Source of the DNA: Nostoc sp.
Lineage (GTDB): Bacteria > Cyanobacteriota > Cyanobacteriia > Cyanobacteriales > Nostocaceae
DNA: 32,000 nucleotides
Assembly (NCBI GenBank): GCA_036918135.1
Contig: JBALDB010000024.1
Location: forward strand, 1 to 32,000
Reading direction: 5' to 3'
Within the stretch, counting starts at the first letter, position 1; the number at the start of each line of letters is the position of its first letter. Under the pieces are notes generated by a model. It was not told where the DNA came from. It saw only the letters and a list, made by a program, of their open reading frames with translations, and ran no database searches. Of this stretch, positions 10,024 to 18,449 are shown one piece after another. The position numbers and the translations under genes are program-made.

Positions 10024-11445
10024 ATGCCACAAACATTAGCCGGAACTTCTTTGACCTACTATTTAATCGCTTTTGATGCTAATGGCAAAGAACGCGAAAA
10101 GCATGGACAGCTAATCAGCCAGAATGTAGTAGATATTCTATCTAACTCTAGACAGTCTCAGCAGCCAATCACAGATGTTTTCTTGATGAGCCACGGATGG
10201 CAAGGTGACATCCCTGCGGCAACAAGCCAGTATGACAAATGGATTGCAGCTATGGCTAAAAACCAGGCTGATATTCAAAAAATGCAACAGGTGCGACCAG
10301 GATTTAATCCACTGTTAATTGGTTTACATTGGCCTAGTAAGCCTTGGGGAGATGAAGACCTGAATGAAGTGTCGCTAGGCAAAAGAATTGTGTCTTTTGA
10401 CACTACAGATAATTTAGAAGAAGAGTTTGTTAACCAGTATGCTCAGAGCATAAGTGATACTGAAGCTGCTAGAGAAGCGCTCAGAACAATTTTTACAGCA
10501 GGGGTAGAATATGATGTTGCACCCGATATATTACCATCAGAGGTGCGGCAAGCTTACGAAGTTTTGATTAAGGAAGCATCTTTGGGCAATGGAGGAGAAG
10601 ATGCAGATGAGTGGAGCAAAAACGAATCATTAAATTTACAACCTGAAACTTTATATCAAAGTCTTTTGATAGAGCAAGAAAGCCAAGATGTCAGCTTCGG
10701 AATAGAAGATAATGTCAAATCGGCAAGGGATGTATTTTTGAGCTTTCCAAGATTGTTATCTTTTTGGATGATGAAAGACCGCGCTCGAAAAATCGGTCAA
10801 ACTAGCGGCTTCAATTTATTAAACAGACTTCAACAGGTCACAGATAATACTGTGCGATTTCATCTGATGGGGCACAGTTTTGGATGTATTTTTGTCTCAG
10901 CGTGTGTAGCAGGTACCAAAAATAACAATAAATTAGTCCGTCCAATTAATTCTCTTGCGTTAATACAAGGCGCTCTATCACTCTGGTCTTTCTGTTCAAA
11001 TGTTCCTTATAGAAAAAATCTTCCTGGTTACTTCCGCTCGATTATTAGTGAAGGTAAAGTTGCAGGGCCGATTGTTACTACTCAGTCTAAGTATGATAAC
11101 GCTGTGAAGAATGCTTATCCTATGGCGGGGACATTAGGAATATTTGGAGGTCAAGATATAGACTTTGACCCTAATAGTGGAAACACTCCGAAGAGATATC
11201 CCGGTGTCGGTGGTATTGGTTTTTATGGAATTCAGGGTGATGGTTTAGAAATTATTAATGATGAAAAAGGTATGCTCACCCTAGAAGAATCATACAACTT
11301 TCAATCAGGTAAAATTTACAACTTAGAAAGTAGTAAATATATTGTTGTTCCTCATAGCTTACTAGACCTTTTCATCGGCGCTCATAATGCCATTGACAAA
11401 CCTGAAGTAGCTCATGCCGTATGGTCAGCAGCATTTGGTAGTTAA
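10024..11445 (+). CDS. Alpha/beta-fold serine hydrolase (lipase/esterase-like)
   Basis: Oxyanion FLMSHGW, IGLHWPS, nucleophile GHSFG (Ser285), SKYD, GAH near the C-terminus; GAAGGA RBS. Confidence 0.8.
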   Translation: MPQTLAGTSLTYYLIAFDANGKEREKHGQLISQNVVDILSNSRQSQQPITDVFLMSHGWQGDIPAATSQYDKWIAAMAKNQADIQKMQQVRPGFNPLLIGLHWPSKPWGDEDLNEVSLGKRIVSFDTTDNLEEEFVNQYAQSISDTEAAREALRTIFTAGVEYDVAPDILPSEVRQAYEVLIKEASLGNGGEDADEWSKNESLNLQPETLYQSLLIEQESQDVSFGIEDNVKSARDVFLSFPRLLSFWMMKDRARKIGQTSGFNLLNRLQQVTDNTVRFHLMGHSFGCIFVSACVAGTKNNNKLVRPINSLALIQGALSLWSFCSNVPYRKNLPGYFRSIISEGKVAGPIVTTQSKYDNAVKNAYPMAGTLGIFGGQDIDFDPNSGNTPKRYPGVGGIGFYGIQGDGLEIINDEKGMLTLEESYNFQSGKIYNLESSKYIVVPHSLLDLFIGAHNAIDKPEVAHAVWSAAFGS

Positions 11446-11487
11446 TTAAACATTGTCAGTGAATTCAAAATAGAAGGATTACGTAAG

Positions 11488-13173
11488 ATGAGCATAGAAC
11501 AACTAACTGAAGAGTTATATTTCAATGGAATTGATGGTGCATCAGGAGAATATTTGTTGCCTCCGTTGACACCTGAACAGCTTTCCAAGATTGCTCAGGG
11601 CGAAAAGTTCGATCCTATAGAACTTAGCGAACTTAGGAGCAAAAATTCACAAGTCAAAAAAGAAGATACTGACTTTGCTCCGATGGAAGGGGTAGATCCA
11701 AAAAACCTCGCAGAGACAGGTTGGGGAGTTATCTTCACCTATAATGCTGACCCGGCAATCAAAGAAGCGCTCAAGGAACTGTTAGAGCATCGGCAAAGGC
11801 AAGCGACGAAAAATCACGAGAACTACTATAAGGAATACGTCGGCCCTAAAGGTTATCGTCCAGGGGAATCGAAGAATCAATTTTTGTCGCGTCATGGAGT
11901 TGGCCCTGGGCCTGCTGACCCAGATAAAATGCCTTATTATCTGTTGATTGTTGGCGACCCAGAAACTATTCCCTATCGTTTTCAGTACCAACTTGATGTC
12001 CAGTATGCGGTGGGTCGCATCTACTTTGATACGCCCCAAGAATATGCTCAGTATGCTCGCAGTGTCGTACAAGCTGAAACTACTAATTTAAACTTGCCTC
12101 GCCAAGCTAGCTTTTTCGGTGTGTGTACCAAGGGTGATGCGGCTACTGAACTTAGTGCTAAGAACTTGATTCAGCCTTTAGCTGACTGGATGCTTGATGA
12201 GCAGAAAGAGAATAGTTGGGCAGTACGAACCTTACTAGCAGAAGAAGCCACCAAGGCGCGTTTAGGGAAACTGTTAGGAGGCGAGGAAACACCCGCTTTG
12301 CTGTTTACTGCCAGTCATGGTATGGGTTTTCCGAATGGGGATGAGCGACAGCTACGCCATCAGGGTGCTTTACTCTGTCAGGACTGGCCTGGTAAAGAAC
12401 AGTGGGGTAGAAAACCAATTCCTGAAGAATTTTACTTCTCTGCGGACGATGTTGGTGATGATGCTAAGTTATTAGGGCTAATTGCCTTTCACTTTGCTTG
12501 TTATGGTGCTGGTACGCCGCAATTTGATGAATTTGCCCATAGAAAAGGCTCCAATGAAAGATTAGCCATCGCTCCTAATGCCTTTATTGCGCCTCTACCC
12601 CGACGGCTTCTGAGTCACCCCAATGGTGGTGCTTTAGCTGTCATCGGTCATGTGGAGCGAGCTTGGGGTTGCTCTTTTGTCTGAGGACGCTCTGGCAAGC
12701 AATTGGCAGTCTTTCAAAGTACCCTTAAGAGACTGCTAGAAGGTCATCCTGTGGGGTCAGCTGTTGAGTATTTCAACGAGCGCTATGCTGAGCTTTCTTC
12801 TGATTTGAGTAGCCAACTAGAAGAAGTTACCTATGGGGCAACGGCCAATCCCATAGAATTGTCTGACATGTGGACGGCAAACAACGACGCCCGGAGTTAT
12901 GCGATTATTGGTGACCCCGCAGTTCGGCTAGTTGTGGGCGATCATTCCACAGGCGATCGCTCGGTGATTGCAACAGTGAATTTACTTACTGCGCCAACAA
13001 CACCCGAAACAACTGATACATCTACTATCCAGCAAGCCCAGACAAACTTAAACCAAGCGCTAGAGCAATTTGCTAAAACAGTCGAGCAAGCTTCATCTGA
13101 CCGTACACAAAAGCTTCAAGCAGCGCTTTCAGCTACAGTCAGTTTACTTGAAACATTGAAGAAATTAAGCTAG
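11488..13173 (+). pseudogene. Clan CD cysteine peptidase, C25/gingipain-like, interrupted by an in-frame TGA at 12682-12684 (ORFs 11488..12684 and 12703..13173)
   Basis: [19 protein letters not shown], catalytic-type FTASHG (His277) and FACYG (Cys338), GGALAVIGH, and terminal YAIIGDPA in the downstream ORF. Both ORFs are in the same frame. Confidence 0.8.
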
Positions 13174-13260
13174 GGACTGGGGAGTTGGGGAAAATTCCTC
13201 TTCTTACCTCCCCATCTCTCGGTTGGTGAGCAAAGTCGAACCACATCTCACATCTCCCGA
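13171..13260. repeat. STRR heptamers and SDR1-like repeat in the intergenic spacer
   Basis: TAGGGACTGGGGAGTTGGGG; GGTGAGCAAAGTCGAACC. Confidence 0.55.
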
Positions 13261-13263
13261 ATC

Positions 13264-16200
13264 ATGAACACCTTCGAGATTACCATCCAACGCAAATTAG
13301 GAGATAGCTGGCCAATTGTAGTGGAACACACTCAACCAGGTGTCCTTCTGCCGTTGCGATCGGAAGGTAATTTCCGGCTAACTGATGAAGATTTGCAGCA
13401 TTTGACGAGTCTTTTAAAACAGGTGCGGGATTACGGTACGTTTTTGGGGAAAGCACTGTTACAAGACGACGTGCGTGATGGATTTGTCAGGGCACTCAGT
13501 CAGAATCAAAAAACGTTGCGGGTGTTGCTGTTTATTGAAGCCACAGACAAAGAACTCAGAACTTTACGCTGGGAAAGACTATGCGCTCCCATTGATGGCG
13601 ACTGGCAGATGTTAGCCATTAACCAACGGGTGCCTTTTTCCTTTTACATTCCTGCCATTACTGACCGACTCTTTCCACCCATTGGACGGCGGGACTTGCG
13701 CGCGTTGGTACTGGTGGCGAGTCCCGCAGATTCTCCTCGGTATAAATTAGATATATTTGATGTGGAAGCTACTGTTAAAAGTGTGCGTTCCGCTTTCGGA
13801 AATATTCCTACAGATATCTTAGCAACAGTTGATAATGCGATTGGTTTACCCACTTTAGATGAACTTTGCACTCACATAACTGATAGAAGTAACAAGTATA
13901 CAATATTACACATTATTAGTCACGGCAGAGTAATGGATGATGGCGAAACTCTCCTTTACTGGTCAAAAGCTGATAATACAGTGGAGGTGGTAACGGCAAC
14001 AAGGTTACTGGAAAGAGTGCGCGTGTTAAGGGGAGCTAGAGGGTTACCCCACTTTACTTTTCTTTGCACCTGTGAAAGCGCTAGCCCAGATGCCGAAGCA
14101 GGATTGGGGGGATTAGGACAGCGATTGGTGCGGGATTTGGGTATGCCTGCGGTGGTGGCGATGACTGAGAAAGTGACCATCAAGACGGCTCAGGCGCTAG
14201 CAGAGAAATTTTACTACCAACTTCGAGAGTCTGGAGAGGTGGACTCAGCTTTACATGAAGCGACTGCTGCTTTAGCAGAACGTGGCGATGTAACTGTACC
14301 AGCACTGTTTAGCCGTTTGGGGGGACGACCTTTATTCAGCGACCAGCTTGACCGACAATTGACCAATGCCGAAATAGAATATGGTTTGGGGGAGATAGTC
14401 AAATTATTACCAGAGCGATCGCCTGTTCTGGAAAAGAAGTTCGCAGACATAGCACAGCAGCTAAAGAATACGCTAGGGGCAGATGTCGCAGCCTTGAGCA
14501 AAGAAGCCGTCAAAGAACGAGAACAGGCTTTAGAAGAAATTAACAACTTCTGTGAGGAAGTACTCGACCTCAACTTTCATGGTTTGGCATTAGGTCACCA
14601 ACCACCCGTCTATGATTCTCGTTGTCCCTTCCGGGGCTTGTATCCTTTCCGGGTGGAAAACCACGAATTTTTCTTCGGGCGAGAACAACTGATTACCCAA
14701 CTGCAACAAAAGTTGAGTGAACACAACTTTCTAGCTGTGTTAGGCGCATCTGGTAGTGGTAAGTCATCGGTAGTTTTAGGGGGTTTAATACCGCTGCTAC
14801 AGGAAAAACAACCTGATTTGCAGTTGGCATACATGACACCAAGCTCTCATCCGATAGAAAAACTGCAAACTAGTCTTTCCCCAGTCCAAGGCCAATCTTC
14901 AATATTAGTAATTGACCAATTTGAAGAATTGTTTACTCTGTGTGCTGATGAAACTCATAGGGTAACTTTCATCGAGAAATTGTTAAGCCTGATACCATAT
15001 CAAAAAGTCATCGTCACGATGCGGGCAGATTTTTGGGGCGAGTGTGCTACCTACCGCAATTTGAAAGATTTGATGGAAGTTAGGCAAAAACTCATCGGCC
15101 CGATGGATGCAGTGGAATTGCGGAAAGCGATGGAGATGCAAGCAGCCCAAGTCGGGTTACGCTTTGAATCAGGCTTAAGCAACTCAATTCTGGATGATGT
15201 GCAAGGCGAACCAGGAGCCATGCCACTACTGCAACATGCATTGTTGGAGATGTGGAAGCGGCGACATGGTAGATGGTTGCGGTGTGTCGAGTATCGAGCG
15301 ATCGGTGGTGTAAATATGGCGATCGCCCAAACTGCCGATGATTTTTACAATACTTTATCACCTCCAGAACAAGACCAAGTTAAGAATATCTTTATTCGCT
15401 TAACCCGCTTGGATGAAAGCGCTCTCCAAGGAGAGAAACGTCGGGACACCAGACGACGAGTTTGGCTAGATGAACTAGTGCCTGGGGGTGGTAATTTAGC
15501 AAGTACCAAACAGTTAGTGCAGCAGTTAGCTGGTGAAGGAGCGCGATTAGTAGTTACGAGTGTAGACGAGTCTAAAAATCGTCAAGAGGTGGAAGTAGCC
15601 CATGAAGCCTTAATTCGCTATTGGCCGCGGTTGCTCAAATGGTTAGATGAGAATCGCATTAATTTACAATTGCGTGAAACTATCCGTCAAGCGGCTTTGG
15701 AGTGGGAAAAGCGGCAAAAAGATGAGAATTATCTGGTACATCGGGGAGGAAGATTAGAAGATGCTCAGGCGTTAGCGAAACATACTAGTTTTCTTAACCA
15801 GTTAGAGGCTGACTATGTTACTGCTTGTATGGAACTGCGCCTGCGCCAGCAAAAAGAAAAAGAAGCGCGTCGCCGTCGCGAAATCAGAATAGCTTGGGGA
15901 ACAACTGGGGGAGCAGTTGTAGGTTTGATAGTTGTTGCTTATTTTTGGTTACAGGCTTTAGATCAAAAAAAACAAGCGCAAAGCACTAAAGCTGAAGCAC
16001 TAGGTTATTATTCTTCATCCCTGTTTAGTAACCATCAACAATTGAACGCACTCATTCAAGGGATCAAAGCAGCGAATATCTTGAAAGAACAAAAAATAAC
16101 CCAGCCCCTAGTTACTACAGCCTTGTACAAAGCAGTCTTTGGAGTCAGAGAGCGTAATAGTTTGACTGTGCATCAGCAACAAGTTACAAGCATTGTCTTT

Positions 16201-18093
16201 AGCCCAGATGATAAAACTATTGCTTCCAGTAGTTGGGATAAAACAGTCAAACTCTGGAATTTGGATGGTAAAGTTCTACACACCCTTGAGCATCAGGAAG
16301 CAGTCAATAATGTTGTGTTTAGCCCAGACGGTAAAACTATTGCCTCTGCTAGCGACGACAAAACAGTCAAACTCTGGAATTTAGATGGTAAAGTTCTGCA
16401 CACTTTTAAACATCACAAAGCAGTCAATAATGTTGTATTTAGCCCAGACGGTAAAACTATAGCCTCTGCTAGCGACGACAAAACTGTCAAACTCTGGAAT
16501 TTAGATGGTAAAGTTCTGCACACTTTTAAACATCACAAAGCAGTCAATAATGTTGTGTTTAGCCCAGACGGTAAAACTATTGCCTCTACTAGCGACGACA
16601 AAACAGTCAAACTCTGGAATTTAGATGGTAAAGTTCTGCACACTCTTAAACATAACGATCGCATAAACAATGTTGTGTTTAGCCCAGACGGTAAAACTAT
16701 TGCTTCTGCTAGTAACGACAAAACTGTCAAACTTTGGAATTTAGATGGTAAACCCTTACATACTATTCACCATCAGGATCGGGTTAAAAAAGTAATCTTC
16801 AGCCCAGACGGTAAAACCATTGCCTCTGCTAGTGATGATAATACAGTCAAACTCTCGAATTTAAAGGGTGAAACTTTGCATACTCTTAAGCATGATGATG
16901 AAGTCAATAGCGTCACCTTTAGCTCAGATGGCAAAACCCTTGCTTCTGCTAGTTGGGACAAAACCGTGAAACTCTGGGATTTAAATGGTAAGCTCCTGCA
17001 TACCTTTCAGCATGAAGATATTGTTGAGAGCGTTATTTTTACCACAAATAACAAAATTCTAGCCTCTGTTAGTAATGACAAAATCATGAAAATCTGGGAT
17101 TTAGAGTCTAAAAAACTAAAGATCCTTCAGCATAAGTATGATGTTAGAAGCGTTGTTTTTAGCCCCAACAGCAAAACCCTAGCCTCTGCTAGTCAGAATA
17201 CAGTCAAACTTTGGGATTTAGATGGCAGGCTCCTACATACCTTCTCACATCAAGATAGGGTTAATAGCGTCGTTTTTAGCCCCAACGGCAAAACCCTAGC
17301 CTCTGCTAGTGATGATAATACAGTCAAACTTTGGGATTTAAATGGCAAGCTCCTACATACCTTCTCACATCAAGATAGGGTCAATAGCGTCGTTTTTAGC
17401 CCCAACGGCAAAACCCTAATCTCTGCTAGTGACGATAATAAAGTCAAAATTTGGAACTTAAATAACTTAAATAACCAACCCCTCTACACTATCCAGTACC
17501 AGCATAAAAATCAGGATACACTTATATTTGATTTCAGCCCTGATGGCAAAACCTTGGCCTCTGGTAGTTACGATGGTACAGTCAAAATTTGGAACTTAAA
17601 TGGCCAAGCTCTACATCCGATCCAGGATCGAGATAAGCATCAAGATATAATTACGAGCCTTGTTTTCAGCCCAGACGGCAAAACCTTAGCCTCTGCTAGT
17701 AAGGACAAAACTATCAAAATTTGGGATTTAGATGGCAAACTCCTACATACTCTTAAGCATCACGAAGCAGTTTTAAGCATTGCCTTTAACCCTATGGACA
17801 AAACTTTAATTTCTAGTAGTTCGGACAAAACCGTTAAAATTTGGGATTTAAATGGCAACGTTCTGCACACTCTGCAAAATCAAGATATAGTTACGAGCCT
17901 TGCTTTTAACCAGGACGGCAAAACTCTTGCCTTTGCTAGTAATAACAGTGTAATTATCTTAAATTTGAGCGATTTTGCTCTAGATCCGCTTCTGGTTCGT
18001 GGATGTGATTGGGTGCGAGGCTATCTGAACAATAGCCAAGAGGTAGAAGATGATGATAAGCATTTGTGCGACGCGATCGGCACTGCTCAATAG
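13264..18093 (+). CDS. CHAT protease - STAND NTPase (nSTAND1-like) - TM - 15x WD40 protein (NLR-like)
   Basis: CHAT: LRWERL, LHIISHG (His220), FLCTCES (Cys270), PAVVAM. STAND: CPFRGLYPF, FFGRE, Walker A GASGSGKS, Walker B ILVIDQFEELF, PGAMPLLQ, EVAHEALIRYWPRL. Then a TM helix and WD40 repeats. Confidence 0.92.
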   Translation: MNTFEITIQRKLGDSWPIVVEHTQPGVLLPLRSEGNFRLTDEDLQHLTSLLKQVRDYGTFLGKALLQDDVRDGFVRALSQNQKTLRVLLFIEATDKELRTLRWERLCAPIDGDWQMLAINQRVPFSFYIPAITDRLFPPIGRRDLRALVLVASPADSPRYKLDIFDVEATVKSVRSAFGNIPTDILATVDNAIGLPTLDELCTHITDRSNKYTILHIISHGRVMDDGETLLYWSKADNTVEVVTATRLLERVRVLRGARGLPHFTFLCTCESASPDAEAGLGGLGQRLVRDLGMPAVVAMTEKVTIKTAQALAEKFYYQLRESGEVDSALHEATAALAERGDVTVPALFSRLGGRPLFSDQLDRQLTNAEIEYGLGEIVKLLPERSPVLEKKFADIAQQLKNTLGADVAALSKEAVKEREQALEEINNFCEEVLDLNFHGLALGHQPPVYDSRCPFRGLYPFRVENHEFFFGREQLITQLQQKLSEHNFLAVLGASGSGKSSVVLGGLIPLLQEKQPDLQLAYMTPSSHPIEKLQTSLSPVQGQSSILVIDQFEELFTLCADETHRVTFIEKLLSLIPYQKVIVTMRADFWGECATYRNLKDLMEVRQKLIGPMDAVELRKAMEMQAAQVGLRFESGLSNSILDDVQGEPGAMPLLQHALLEMWKRRHGRWLRCVEYRAIGGVNMAIAQTADDFYNTLSPPEQDQVKNIFIRLTRLDESALQGEKRRDTRRRVWLDELVPGGGNLASTKQLVQQLAGEGARLVVTSVDESKNRQEVEVAHEALIRYWPRLLKWLDENRINLQLRETIRQAALEWEKRQKDENYLVHRGGRLEDAQALAKHTSFLNQLEADYVTACMELRLRQQKEKEARRRREIRIAWGTTGGAVVGLIVVAYFWLQALDQKKQAQSTKAEALGYYSSSLFSNHQQLNALIQGIKAANILKEQKITQPLVTTALYKAVFGVRERNSLTVHQQQVTSIVFSPDDKTIASSSWDKTVKLWNLDGKVLHTLEHQEAVNNVVFSPDGKTIASASDDKTVKLWNLDGKVLHTFKHHKAVNNVVFSPDGKTIASASDDKTVKLWNLDGKVLHTFKHHKAVNNVVFSPDGKTIASTSDDKTVKLWNLDGKVLHTLKHNDRINNVVFSPDGKTIASASNDKTVKLWNLDGKPLHTIHHQDRVKKVIFSPDGKTIASASDDNTVKLSNLKGETLHTLKHDDEVNSVTFSSDGKTLASASWDKTVKLWDLNGKLLHTFQHEDIVESVIFTTNNKILASVSNDKIMKIWDLESKKLKILQHKYDVRSVVFSPNSKTLASASQNTVKLWDLDGRLLHTFSHQDRVNSVVFSPNGKTLASASDDNTVKLWDLNGKLLHTFSHQDRVNSVVFSPNGKTLISASDDNKVKIWNLNNLNNQPLYTIQYQHKNQDTLIFDFSPDGKTLASGSYDGTVKIWNLNGQALHPIQDRDKHQDIITSLVFSPDGKTLASASKDKTIKIWDLDGKLLHTLKHHEAVLSIAFNPMDKTLISSSSDKTVKIWDLNGNVLHTLQNQDIVTSLAFNQDGKTLAFASNNSVIILNLSDFALDPLLVRGCDWVRGYLNNSQEVEDDDKHLCDAIGTAQ
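16165..17960 (+). repeat. Intragenic WD40 tandem array, mainly 120-bp period
   Basis: AGCCCAGACGGTAAAAC recurs at 16321, 16441, 16561, 16681 and 16801, with variants at 16201 and 16921. A second near-identical set lies at about 17160-17460. Confidence 0.9.
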
Positions 18094-18449
18094 TCAATTT
18101 GATAACGATATGACTTAAGCAAGAAATAGACGCAATCCTAATTTGTGTCTAACGACAATTGATAAATTAATAGCCTAACATTTAGTTTTACTTAACTTGT
18201 AAATCTGCTATTTTTACTCAAGATATCGATTATTAAATAAGCAGTAATTACACAAAGTATTTAGTCTTCTTAGAAATAAAACTCTTAATTAGGATCGGGA
18301 ATTAGCTAAATATATCTTATAAACAGTAGTTTTAATTTTTTGACATATTTTACTATTATAAGTAAACTAAAAATATAAACAAAATATATCTACCCTCAGA
18401 TATATTTGGTAATTGCTAGTAAAAACTTTCTCAAAAAATAGGAGTAAAA

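Noticed and set aside
12682..12684. TGA as selenocysteine
   Set aside because: The position is not the catalytic Cys, the context fits Trp (TGG to TGA), and I see no convincing SECIS hairpin.
16201..17460. Regularly spaced repeats resembling a CRISPR array
   Set aside because: The 120-bp units are in-frame WD40 coding repeats with no unique spacers and no cas genes.
9340..18370. Shared AGTAAAA/TTTTACT motif upstream of the hydrolase and LOX genes, or NtcA boxes
   Set aside because: Expected by chance in AT-rich DNA; I found no proper GTA-N8-TAC site by eye.
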